The position numbers and the translations under genes were made by a program. Under the pieces are notes generated by a model. The model had not been told where the DNA came from. It saw only the letters and a program-made list of their open reading frames with translations, and made no database searches. Below, piece after piece: positions 1 to 14,295 of a stretch of DNA of 64,000 bases; the first letter of the stretch is position 1; every line of letters starts with the position of its first letter. This DNA is from the human T2T-CHM13v2.0 reference genome, Homo sapiens: the NCBI RefSeq assembly GCF_009914755.1, contig NC_060936.1, one strand, 5' to 3'.

Positions 1-789
1 TGCTGCATTGTTTTCTGTGGGAACACTCTATGGTAGAGTAGAAACATTTTGAGGTGCCCATACCCACATCTGGAGATTGATGTAGGTTGCTGGCTGAGAC
101 CCCAGTTCTACCTGTGGACTAAGGCAACTACTTACTCATCATTTCATCTTCTGGTTAAAGCATTGGGCCTAATACATATTATAAACCTAATAAATATTTC
201 TTGAACTGTTGATATATGACATCTAATTACCTAGTTTATAAATGAAAACATTGATTATATTTATCCTTTGAAAATAATCTATGTTTCATTATATTAAATT
301 GATGATTATGTCATAAAGATTTTTTGATTAATGGATTTCATTTTCACCTGCATTTTCAGTGAGGAATCATTACAAATCATTCAGTTATAAAAATCAGTCC
401 AGGGCTCTAGCTACATAATGATCAGCTATTTTTGTTTGCTTAGGTATATAGTTGGATTTTCCAGTGTTGTCATAAAGATATCAGTGTTATATTATGCAAT
501 AAATATTCATCAAAAACAGTATGAATTTAATCCATTTTTCAGCTCTTTCTGAGTAACACAAAAGAAAATTCTAATATAAAAGACCCTGTTCTCAAGAAGC
601 ACAAAGCAAGGTAAGAAAAAAGGAGGGTACTCCTTTAAAACATTTTGTTTTGTTTTTAATTTAAAAAATGTAATACAGGCAAAATTACAAATCATCTACC
701 ATCCTAACAGCTACATATAACCGCAACAAATGTTTTATAATATAATCTCCCAGGTATTTTCCCCCTGTAATAATGTAGGAAAAAATAGT

Positions 790-950
790 AGAGTGTATTA
801 TAGCATAGTTTTGGAATCAACAGAAATAGTTGAGAAAATTAATCTATTTAAACCTCAATGTTTACATGTTCAAAATAGGGGGGAAATATTACCTACTATA
901 CAAAGAAATTAGCACAATGTTTCAGTCATAAAAAACACTGTAAAATAGTT
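790..950 (+). mobile_element. Degenerate MIR fragment
   Basis: 'aaacctcaatgtttacatgttcaaaatagggg...atattacctac' resembles the MIR core (cctcagtttcctcatctgtaaaatgggg...ataatacctac). Confidence 0.4.
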
Positions 951-1421
951 GTTGGTATTCTCAGGCTAGACCCTCATTCAGAGTTCAAACACTATAATTA
1001 GTTTAATATTCCTCTGTTAGAAATTTTATATTTTTCCCATGTTTTGTTTTCCTGGGTATTTTGTGTTGGTTTTGTGGGGAGGGTTTCTTTTTACAAGTAA
1101 TGCTGACATGAACATCTTCAAATTATTTTTTACAGCTACATTTATAAATAGTCAAACAGATCTTTACAATAAAATCTGGAAGAAAAATGATTGAATAAGA
1201 TACTTTTTAATTAATTAGGTTTCAAAAATATTCTTGCATTTGTTATAGATTACCCTGTGTTTTCTTTGTTTATTGTTTTGATTTATTTAGTTCATGGGCC
1301 TTTTAAAAGATATTTTATTTATTTTTATATAAGTTTATTTCATTATTATTCTCTTTGATAGGACTATGTGTAAGAGTTTTGATTCTGTCATCATATAATG
1401 TCAATTTATATTGTTAACTAT

Positions 1422-3109
<1,688 letters not shown>

Positions 3110-3462
3110 TGATATAGTTTGGCTATGTCCCCGCCCAAATCTCATCTTGAATCATAATTCTCATGTGTTATTGGAGGGATTCTGTGGGAGGTAAATGAAT
3201 CTTGGGGGTGGGTTTTTCCCATGCTATTCTTATGATAGTTAACAAATCTCACGAGATCTGATGGTTCTATGAAGGGACGTTTCCCTGCACATGCTCTCTT
3301 GCCTGCTGCCACGTAAGACCCTTTGTTCCTCCTTCACCTTCCACCTAGATTGTGAGGCCTCTCCAGCCATGTGGAACTGTGAGGTCATTAGACCTCTTTT
3401 TCTTTATAAATTACCCAGTCTCAGGTATGTCTTTATTAGCAGCATGAGAACAGACTAATACA
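3110..3462 (+). mobile_element. THE1 (ERVL-MaLR) 5' LTR, THE1C/D-like
   Basis: Starts tgatatagtttggctatgtcccc...aaatctcatcttgaa and ends cagactaataca (TG...CA). Confidence 0.93.
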
Positions 3463-4650
3463 GTAAATTGGTACCAGTAGAGTGGGGTGCTGCTGTGTAG
3501 ATACCCAAAAATGTGGAAGCGACTTTGGAACTAGGTAACAGGCAGAGGTTGGAATAGTTTGGAGGGCTCAGAAAAAGACAGAAAATTGTGGGAAAGTTTG
3601 GGACTTCCTAGAGACTTGGAGGGTTCAGAACACAGGAAGATGTGTGGGAAAGTTTAGAACTTCCTGGAGACTTGTTGAATGGCTTTGAAAAAATGCTGAT
3701 AGTAATATGGACTATAAAGTCCAAGGTAAGGTTATCTCAGATGAAGATAAAGAACTTGTTAAGAACTGAAATAAAGGTGACTCTTGCTATGCCTTAGCAA
3801 AGAGACTGGTGGCATTTTGCCCCTGTCCTAGAGGTCTGTGGAACTTTGAACTTAAGAGTGATGATTTAGGGTATTTGGTGTAAGAAATTTCTAAGTGGCA
3901 AAGCATTCAAGTGGAAGCAGAGCATCAAAATTTGGAAAATTTGCAGCCTAACAATGCAATAGAAAAGAAAACCCCATTTTGGGGGAAAAATTCAAGCCAA
4001 GCCAGATGCACAAATTTGCATAAGTAATGAGGAGCCAAATGTTAATCACCAGGACAATGGGAAAAATGGGAAAATGTCTCCAGGGCATGTCAGAGACCTT
4101 CACAGGAGCCCCTCCCATTACAGGCCCAGAGGTATAGGAGAAAAAATGGTTTCCTGGACCTGGCTCAGGGCCCCCCTGCTCTGTGTAGCCTAGGGACTTG
4201 CTGCCCGGCATTCCAGAAGCTTCAGCTGTGGCTAAAAGGGGCCAAGGCACAGTTCAGGCCATGGCTCCAAAGGGTAAAAGCCCCAAGCCTTGGGAACTTC
4301 CATGTGGTGTTAAGCCTCTGGGTACACAGAAGTCAAGAATTGAGATTTGGGAACCTCCACCTAGATTTCAGAGGATGTATGGAAATGCTTGGATGTCCAG
4401 GCAGAAGTTTGCTGCAGGGGAGGGATTCTCATGGAGCACCTCTTCTAGGACAGTGCAGAAGGGAAATGTGGGGTTAGAGCCCCCACACAGAGTTCCCACT
4501 GTGACACTGCCTAGTGAAGCTTTGAGAAGAGGGCCACTGTCTTCCAGACCCCAGAATCAACAAATAACAGCTTGTACTGCACACCTAGAAAAGCCACAGA
4601 CACTTAATGCCAGCTGGTGAAAGCAGCTGAGTCACAGGAGCAGAGCTGCT
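3463..4650 (+). mobile_element. THE1 internal region, 3'-truncated
   Basis: Begins gtaaattggtaccagtagagtggggtgctgc directly after the LTR; typical THE1-int peptides (SRIEIWEPPPRFQRMYGNAWMSRQK). Confidence 0.92.
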
Positions 4651-4657
4651 TGCAGCC

Positions 4658-4941
4658 CACGTGGCTGGAGAAGCCTCACAATCATGGCAGAGGGCAAGGA
4701 GGAACAAGTCACATCTTATGCTGATGGTGGCAGGCAAAGAGAGGAGTGCTTGTGCAGGGAAACTCCCCTTTTTAAAACCATCAGATCTCATGAGACTCAA
4801 TCACTATTTTAAGAACAGCACAGGAATGGCCCGCCCCCATAATTCAATCACCTCCCACTGGGTTCTTCCCACAACAAGTTGGAAATGTGGGAGTTACAAT
4901 TCAAGATTAGATTTGGGTGGGGACATAGATAAACCATATCA
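4658..4941 (-). mobile_element. Partial THE1 LTR (THE1B/C-like), 5' ~280 bp, inverted
   Basis: Ends gatttgggtggggacatagataaaccatatca, the reverse complement of a THE1 LTR start; the LTR 3' end is missing. Confidence 0.92.
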
Positions 4942-6254
4942 TTCATATTTGCAAATTTATTTTTTATTTTCTTTTCCTTTTAAATATATTTTTCTTGTGC
5001 ATTGGTATTATTAATACCAATATTTGCAAAACATGTAGCTTTAAAGTGGTTTTCTGTACTTCTAACAAAACTTCTTCCTAAGATGGTTGGTAACCCTTGA
5101 TTGTCAATTAAAATTTATTTGTGAGATCTGTGACTGATTTGGGGGACACTATCGACTTTGGACTACTGCAGATCCCTCTAAAATCATCATGTAATGAATG
5201 TTTCATAAATTATAACTGTTCTTTGTTGTAGGTCCAATGCTTACAATGTCTGCCAAAGAATTGTTATTGGTATTTGTTCTCAATGAAACAATTTATCCTG
5301 GCTCTCTCACTTGGTCCCAACTGTGACTTTTAAGATCAGGTTTTTAGATCATGGGTATTTTTTTAAATTATTGTTGTTTTTTGTTTTTGTTGTTGTTTCC
5401 ACTGGGCATATGTGGTAGAGAAAGGGTATACATGGTGGTCTTTGCAAATTGTCCATATATTCCTAAGTGCCCAGAAATACATTCAAAATATTTAAATCTA
5501 TTTCTAGTTATTTTGAAAAGATGAGTGGGAGTCCTCCAGAAAATCCAGTCTACTGTGATCCTGAAAACATGCTTTGCTCTACTTGCTAAATTATATAATT
5601 CCACCCTTTGACCAGAACACCACATTTGTCCAAAAATTCCAATCCCATGTTAAAACCTAAGTTATGTTATCTCATTAAGGTTTATATTCATTTGATGCCT
5701 CCCTACTTCTCCAGACTTTCTTTCAAGGCTTCTTTTTGGCCTTGCTTCATTTTCTACAAGTCAAAACTAAATAAAAAATAATTTTAGTCAATCTCTCAGG
5801 ACTGTGTGTAGAATTTCTTCAAAATTTCCAACTTTTATCAAATATTCTTAGACTCTTTGTAATTCTTCAGCTGTAAATCAATCCAGTCATTTATATTGTT
5901 TTTCTCTTCCAATAAGTTACTGCTCCAGTGAAGAAAATATTACATACCCTTTGACTGTCTTTATTTTTTAAAATGTCATTTAATATTATTTTGGTTCTCA
6001 GAATGCTTATCAATTCTTTACTCATTTCCAGGTGATTCCATTCCCTTAAATTTTGGTTGGAAGGTAATTCCAAAAGACTCTACTACTTATTCTACTTTTG
6101 GCTTTATAAACAAATGTAACTTACTTCAGTTAAAAAAAAATTAACTTTTAAAGGTAAATTATGTTACCATTCTTTCTTTCAAATTAATTTGTATTTTAAT
6201 TACATTTATTTTTTTTCTCATTAGCATAAAATTATCCAAGGTAATTTTCTCTAC

Positions 6255-6690
6255 CTATTTATTCATTACTTAAGCAAAAAAATTGGAATCTTGATGTACT
6301 TATGAAGTATATTAGATATTTGAATACAAAGATGTATAAGACAAAGTGGCCACAATTGCTGAAGACAGTCATGTAAATTAAACTCAGACATTCATGAGAC
6401 TGTATAAGTGGTAAAGTTAAAAAGTGCCATAAAGCTTAGGGAGATAAATTCAAAAATGTGTAACAAGCGGGAAGAAAGAAAACTTTCAAATGCAATATTG
6501 GTTTTGAAAAGTTGCCTAAAGTTTCATTAGGGTGAAAGGAGTAAGATAGATATTCAAAACATAGAAAAAGAATCTGCAAAGGTACTGATATCTGAGAAAT
6601 AATTGCATGGTTAAAGAGCTGATTACAGTTAGGTATAATTAGCTAAGGAACTACAAGAGGAAGTAGTAGTAAGAAAAAAACTTATCTCAT
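6255..6690 (-). mobile_element. L2 3' fragment
   Basis: ttattcatta...tgtacttatg...tacaaagatgtataagacaaagtggcc, followed by a purine-rich L2-like body. Confidence 0.55.
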
Positions 6691-7179
6691 TTTGCTTTAT
6701 GTATATTTTAAATATGTTGATCTCTATTCTATAGCATGATTCAGGGCACTTATCCATCACCTACTGTTTACCATTTATTCTAGTTCCAGATTAATTATTA
6801 AGAAGTGTTCAATACATGCTTTATTGATGAAAAATAACTGTTATCATCTGATTTAGACACAAATGGCTGTACTTTAAAAACTAACAAAATTAAAATTTAA
6901 AATTCATGTATGTGTGTCCACACACTATTAAAATATATGTTACTTTTAAAAGGGAGGGACTCTATCATATGGCAATCCTTTCATTCATCACCTCAGAAGG
7001 TGCAAGTCAAAGTCTCGAAAAAAATACATGACACCAGACTTGAAAATGCCAATGCAATTATTGATAAAGCAAGAAAACCCATTTCCTATAAAAGCATATG
7101 TTTGTATATAAGTGAAATTGGGCTGAAAGTAGATACGAAAGAATATCCAAGACATCATAGGTAGCAGAGGAATAGAGCA

Positions 7180-7425
7180 CAGGAGGAAGAGAAAATGTAG
7201 AAGTAGTGGAGATTGTCAGTGTGATAGAGCGAGTGGAAGAAGATGCTACACATTGGTCTGACAATATATACACAGTCAATGCCCTACAAAAAAGTTTTTT
7301 AAGTAAAATATTTTAAATATTTTATGAACATACAAAGTGGAATGACATCCCATAAGACTACATTTTGAGTATGATGAACAAGTAGGCCGTCAGTGACAAC
7401 CAAAAGTGGAAGAAAATATTAAATA
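7180..7425 (+). mobile_element. Possible ancient RTE-clade LINE (L4/MamRTE-like) ORF C-terminal remnant
   Basis: One frame reads IVSVIERVEEDATHWSDNIYTVN...HTKWNDIP*...AVSDNQKWKKIL, resembling the RTE C-terminal pattern RWAGHV...RWxDxI...AxDRxxWR. Confidence 0.35.
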
Positions 7426-9644
7426 TATTGTGGGGAAATGAATTTTCCCCAATATAAGTGCTTTCTAAATATTTTCAATTATTTTACCATTTTGAATTGT
7501 GGTTAAAGTTGTGCTCAATTTAGGTTTTAAATTGCAATTATTCCAAAGCTCCTCTGTGAGAGACTGCCAGAACTAACTGAACAACACCGCAAAAAGATTA
7601 ATTGTTCAGTAAGTATTATTGCTTCAACTATATCTCACAGATATACAAGCCTATATTGCTTACTTTCTGCCAAAGGAAATTTAATTTTCGCTAAGAAATA
7701 AAAGGTAGGAGTCAGAAAGAATTCATATTATTTTTCAAGAAGAATTTACTTCGTTTCTCAAACCATCAATAAAATGAGGATTAGACTTTATGCCCTGCTT
7801 CTCTTAAATATATTGTGACTGTTGACTTTTGCTATAGTAAAAATATTTTCTTTGACAGTGCAATAAAATTAGATGTACTCAAAATACTTGAGCAAGCAGT
7901 GAATGCTTTTAAGTAGAGAAAATATAATTTTTAAAATACAAGCATTAAGATTAAAAAAGAGCCCTACTCCAAAAAAGAATATCTGTCAGAAAATTTATTT
8001 AGATAACATAATATTAGTAGCATCTGAACAGAAATGTATGTTATGCCTTAGCTGTAATATAACCTGCATGGAAGAAGAGATTAAATGTGAGATTTTTAAA
8101 TACCTTTACCTTAAAAAAAGAAATATAATATGCATTCTTAAAATTAGAGCCATGTGGGTAGTCTAACATCTGCTACCTGCTGCTGCTGACCATAGTTGTT
8201 AAAAGTACCCTAAGCCACCTGACATTAAACTAATAGTTCATTTTTTAAAAATGTACTTGTTATGTGATATAAAGTCCTATTTTATGTGCTTTACTGCCCT
8301 GAAGAGATACTTCTGTAGAATAAAATCCAATCTCATTTCGGGTTCATTATGATAACCTTTATGCAAGACACTTGGAGAAATTATTATGAAGATAAGTGTA
8401 CCAAGACCCTGAATAATGGTTAAAAAAATAAAACTGAGTAACTCCATGGTATATTAGTGTTCACTTATATATAATTCTAACGTAGGTTGATTGTCCAATG
8501 TGTCTACAAGTCAAATAGTAATAGAGTATCTAAAATTCTTATAAATTCAGGTAATTTTTATTTGCAAAATCACCAATTATCATTTGACATCTCTTTTTTT
8601 TCTGATGTGCAATTATAGTAGTTACAGGCACCCATGTTGGTAGCCCCATAAAGTTGATAACTGAGAAGTTCTATCCAGCTGGATCTGTCCTTTCAGATGG
8701 CTTCACTGAATAGTGGATCTTGATTTCCTCTTTCAGTGTTATCCCACAAGGGCAAAATATTTTTGCCTGCTTCATGTTAAAATATAAATTTTAATTTACT
8801 TGCCTTTACAATGGGAAGGTGTCTCTCTCTCTGGGAATAAATAAATAACAAACTTGTGCAGAGTTTCAACGTTGGTATTTTTGAAAACGAACTCATCTTC
8901 CCTTCTGCCTGCTGAAAAAGAGGATCAAGATTTTAGAAAGCCCAGCTATATACTTCTCCAGATAAAAGGGAAATTTGTTCTTCAGAGTACGCCTGTTGAA
9001 ACAACATTTTAACTCATACCTCTTAGTCTGTTGCTCATTACTAGTGTTTTCTTCCCCTCCCTTTGAAAAAAAATAAAGTATTGAAGAATGTACTGATGAC
9101 TAAATGGAAATGTATATATCTTATTTAATCACTTAATAAAGACCTATTATAAGCTAGTTAAAATTATTGAACATGTAACAGCAATATGAATATTAGCGAT
9201 TTAATTAGTCAATACACATAGAGATTTCATATTATATGAAGAAATTCGTTTTTAATAAAATTGATATTATATAAGAGAAATATTTGTTAGAGCTATTATA
9301 TTAATCTCTAAGCATATAAATAAAAAACTACTCACTTAACTGCTACTGTTTTTTTTTCTTTTGGCACAATTTAGCAATTATCACATTCAACCTCTGTATT
9401 TTCTTTAAAGAGCATTTCTGTAAAATTAATGAACTTTCTACTCCCCATTGAACATACAGATTTTATAGAAGCTGAGAAAATAACCACCAATCCAATGAGC
9501 AGAAACATTTTTATATGTATATCTAAATGTATTTTTATGTCCATAATAAATTTCTTTTTGTAAGTATATAGTTCATTGATATTGATAGGTATAGCAGGAA
9601 AATCTTTAGCTTTCTAATCACTTGGTAAGTCTCTGATTATGGAC

Positions 9645-9725
9645 ATAAAATGTATGTGTATAAATATATATACATATATATATATACACACACACACTTG
9701 CATCAAATATATGTCATATATATCA
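9645..9725. repeat. (TA)n/(CA)n low-complexity tract
   Basis: atatatatacatatatatatatacacacacacac. Confidence 0.8.
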
Positions 9726-11876
9726 TGCTTTATCATTTTTGAAATAGCAATAATTATATACATGCTACATTCTAACAATATTGTTGCCTGTGTGACATCC
9801 ATTTATTTTGTTGTTAATATGAGAAGTACCCTGACTCTACTTCGAGGAATTTTTCTATTATTGGATTAAATCTTGTGGGGCTTCAAATAAGGCATTCTAC
9901 TCCTGGGCAAAATGTAGCCAAACTCAAGAGACCAATTACAGGGTTTATCCCTAGAATTTGAATCTTGACTGACTGGGTTTGACTAAGCACTTTCCTAGTA
10001 TATACAGTGTGCTATGCAAGTAATTTCTTTAAGGTCTAAAGTGAAATGGAAAAGGTTGGGATATTCTATTTACAATTCCTCTTCTTTTGTAGATTACGTT
10101 TTTTTTATCTTTTGAGTAGGATCAAAATATTATGATTGTAAGTACTCAGCTTTGAAGCTGGATTGATAAATTTCTGGTAGATTTCTGAGGAAACGGGGAG
10201 AAAAGAATATTTTAATTTCAACATTTAAAAAATTCAACATTAATGGCTTTAATTAAATTCTTTATTTGTGAAGTCAGTCTTCTCTACCAATTTCTTCAAA
10301 TGGAAGAAAAAGAGTCACTTAAGAAGTTAACTTTTTTATTCAAATGGATTTTGTTAAGAGAGATTGTGAAGAAATATAATTAACATTTTCATCATATTAT
10401 CAAAATGAAGAGCAAGTAATAGTTGGACTTTATAATTTGATTTCTATCTTTATGAATGACACAATGGTTCACAGTTCATATTCTTCCTCAATCCAATTAG
10501 ATATCCTAAACACTTTTTCTGAAAGTCCAAACTTTTTAAAATAATTCAGCTTGAAGAATTGTCATCTTATACTTCGTCCAATATCAATGTATGTTAGTAA
10601 TAAATAATCTTATTTTTATTTAACATTGTTTAGTTATTTCAGGCTAGGAAATAGGTTAAACGTTTATATTCTGGTTCAGTTTCATCAGTCCTCTGCAAAT
10701 TGAAGTTCAAAAATATTTATTTGATGCGCTATTGATTATGTAAAGCAAGATACAGTTTTGATGTAACATTGTTGGAACGATGACAGGTGTTCCAGGAATG
10801 GACTGCAAATATATTGTTTTGTACTATTGAATGTACCTGAGAAACTGTACAGTTTTCAATTTGGTATACATCACACATAGTGATGTAATTTAGGAAACAA
10901 AGTAATGAATATCGCCCAATCATTGAATCATGAAAAGTGGAAAGACACTCTACAAAAATTCAGACAATATTTTATTAACTAATTAATAAGGTTCTTCTAA
11001 CACATAATACAAACATTTGCTGATTATAAATTTTTCTGTAAAATTACTTATAAATAGCATGATGGCACTTGGCCTGTATTAGCTTTGTTGTCATAAGTCA
11101 TAAAAACAGTTGTGCCAATCTTTGACCTGTAACTACTTCCCTAGAGAACTTGATGTATCAACAAATTAGGGCTTTTTTTTATGTGACGACAAGTTCTGAG
11201 AAGGCAATTTGGGAAAATAAAATCTCTGGACAAATCCTCCAAAGCATTTCCAATTACTTGGCATGGCATTGATGGATTTTTATTTTGCTCTTGAAATTAG
11301 TAGCATACACAATTTGAACCAACAAATATCCTCCTTAGTCTGAATGTGTCAGCAGTTAAACTGAAGAATACTTATTTTACTGCTTGATGAATTGGAGAAT
11401 AAACAATTAATCATAGATATTCCTTTCCTTCTTTTAACCTTTGATGGATGTTCTTATATACATCATGTCATTGATGGATATTTATTCCACTTCTGTAAAT
11501 AGTGATGCATAAAACTTTAACGGCAGATACATGCCTCTTCCACTCGTCATGCATAAAAATGTAATTGCTACATTGCTGAGAGATAATGGACTGCATCACT
11601 TTAGAACCTAAGTTACTCTCGGTTAGTTCCTTTCTTAGAAAGACTTATTAGCACAAGTGACTATTGTTTTTGCTTAGAGAACTGCAGTAGAGACAAATGT
11701 AAGAGCTTTGCAGCCATTATACTATTAAGCTATTTAGGGTTTTAGGGTTGGGGCTTTGTGTTGTTTACATTATATTCCCAATGTTTAAAGCAGCTCATGG
11801 CATGGCTATTTGCTGAATCAATGCGTAAACTATTCACAGGAATGAAGACTATTAGAATGAATTGCTATCAGTTTAT

Positions 11877-11972
11877 TCATTCATCTGTCTATCCATCTAT
11901 CCATCCATCCACCTACCCATCCATCCATCCATCCAGCCATCCATGCATCCATTCGTCCATCCACCCATCCAT
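11877..11972. repeat. (TCCA)n microsatellite
   Basis: Imperfect ccat/tcca tetramer run. Confidence 0.9.
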
Positions 11973-12212
11973 TCACTGTTTTATTGACTGCTTAAAGATT
12001 AGTCTACCTGACTGTCTGAAATGCCTCTTTTCATTCATATCTCAAAGGCTTACACACTTACATGCCTACAAATCCTTTGGGACTATCATTCCAATTCAAA
12101 TATAAGGTTTTTATCTGTATTTAATTAGCTATTTCTGCCTTTTCTGTGGTGTTTGATTCTGCTGATGACTCTCTTCTTGAAGTTACCTTTTCTTATATTG
12201 AGGACACATCTT

Positions 12213-12488
12213 GGCTGGGTGTGGTGTCTCAAGATGGGCAGATTGCTTGAGCCCAGAAGTTTGAGACAAGTCTGGAGAACATGGTAAAACCCTGTCTTTA
12301 CTAAAAATACAAAAGTAGCCAGGTGCACACCTGTGGTATCAGCTACTCAGGAGGCTGAAATGGGAGGATTGCTTGAACTCGGGAGGTGGAGGTTGACTTG
12401 AGCCAAGATCATGCTACTGCACTTCAGCCTGGGCAACAGAGCAAGACCCTGTTTCAAAAAAAAAAAAAAAAAAAAAAGAGAGAGAGAG
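12213..12488 (+). mobile_element. AluJ with a left-arm deletion and an A/(AG)n tail
   Basis: ggctgggtgtggtgtctc jumps to aagatgggcagattgcttgagcccag (J-type); TSD-like gacacatctt / gacacatttt. Confidence 0.92.
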
Positions 12489-13993
12489 ACACATTTTTTT
12501 TGGTTTGTTTTTTCATTTGAGCTCTGTTTTGGGGGCATCTTCTCAACTTCATCCACACTTGTATGCACATTACTCCTTTTCTAGTCTTAAACCACCTATT
12601 CATTCTTCATATTCTATAAAAATAATTTACCTAAAATAAAAATCTACTTATGTCACAGCTTTGCTTTAAATACTTTAATATTTTATCACCTATGTGATAA
12701 AGCTAAATTTCACATAGTATGCAAAACTCTTCATATTATGACCTCCATTAGTATTTCCACAATCACCTCCTTCCACTCTCACACCCAAGCCCTATATTTC
12801 AGACAAAATGGTACAAATTGTGGCTTTCTGAGTGGGCCATGATTTCTGATACCTTTTGACATATTAGTTCTCTCTATTAGGACAGCTGTTCCTTTTATTT
12901 TCTTCTCTATCATTAGGATGCTTATCCAGCCAAGATGACTTAGCTCAAATTTCACCTTTTTTGGGAAGGTAGTCCTTAAGTACTTTGGCAGAATAGCACT
13001 TCCTAATCATGCTTTGAAATATTTTTGAAAATTCTTACATAACGCTTTTTATTACAGTAGAACTTTTTCATTATATTCATTATAGTATATTTCACAATAA
13101 TAAGATGAATTATTATAGTGAAATTATAATATGAATGATTTCAAAATAATTGAAGTGAGTACATTTTATTCTTATATCCACAGACGTTAGCTTATAATTG
13201 AATATTTATTTAAAGATTGAAGTAAGAAATGAAGTTCAAGATAGGAAACTGAAAAAAATTAAGAGGCATAGTTACTCTAGCAATTTTTTCTTTGAGTTAA
13301 AGATTTTCATCATGACAGAGAAAAGAAGATGTGTATTGTGAGCAAATTTATACATAGTGTCTAAAAACAGGAATTGTTTTCTAAATTTTGATTTATGAAG
13401 TTAATATAATGAATCTTTTTAAGGGGACTAAGTATATTTTATAAAACTGAAGAAGCCTGATTGTATTGAGAGGCGTACTGGTATGAATAAAAGGGCTTTA
13501 ATTTGAAATTTTTTTAATATGAAATTTGATGAGAAAAAATATCAAATACAATATTGAACATATATTAAAAATATGCATAAAAGAGAAAAATATTTTATAA
13601 ACTTAAAAATATTTTATAAACTCCTTAGAAGTCTTCCGTAGAAAGTAACACATAGACTGGCAGGGTATTACAATCTCATGATAAAATATTTATGTAGTGT
13701 TATCCAGAATGTAAGTCACTTATAAACAGTGATAATATGCATACAAGTATTTGTAAACATCCAAATCCTTCTGGAACATTGATATTTTGAAAATTTGCAA
13801 ATCTGATGAAGTATTTGACTAACTAGCCTTATACAAAATTTTTTCTCTTTAAACAAATAAGAGGAAGTAACAATAGGAATTCCTACTTTGAAACAACTGT
13901 TGACGAAAAAGGATAAAGTAGTTGGCTACTATTGAAGAACCAGAAGATAGTGACCAAATTACCTTAGCATTACATTAGTTATCCTAAGATTTT

Positions 13994-14295
13994 GGCCGGG
14001 TGTGGTGGCTCACACCTGTAATCCCAGGACTTTAGGAGGCCAAGGTGGGCGGATCACTTGAGGTCAAGTGTTCAAGACCAGCCTGGCCAACATGATGAAA
14101 CCCCGTCTCTACAAAAAATACAAAAATTAGCCAGGCCTGGTGGCAGGCACCTGTAATCCCAACTACTCAGGAGGCTGAGTCAGGAAAGTTGCTTGAACCT
14201 GGGAGGCAGAGGTTGCAGTGAGCTGGAGCACCACTGCACTCCAGCCTGGGTGACAGAGCAAGACTCCATCTCCACCACCCCGCAAAAAAAAAAAA
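13994..14295 (+). mobile_element. AluS (Sz/Sx-like)
   Basis: Full dimer; TSD agttatcctaagattt / agttatcttatattt. Confidence 0.96.

Larger units (their letters stand above)
11750..13220 (+). mobile_element. L2 fragments flanking an Alu
   Basis: L2-like motifs: tttgattctgctgatgactctcttcttgaa; tatgtcacagctttgctttaaatacttt; 3'-end-like tgaatatttatttaaagattgaa. Confidence 0.55.

Noticed and set aside
3948-5014. ORFs of 100-140 aa in a GC-richer region
   Set aside because: Derived from THE1 internal and LTR sequence
5690-6075. Possible CR1/L3 ORF remnant on the minus strand (MSKELISILRTK)
   Set aside because: Resemblance is weak and motif spacing does not fit
13586-13622. Tandem duplication of aaaaatattttataaact
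   Set aside because: Ordinary slippage in very AT-rich DNA
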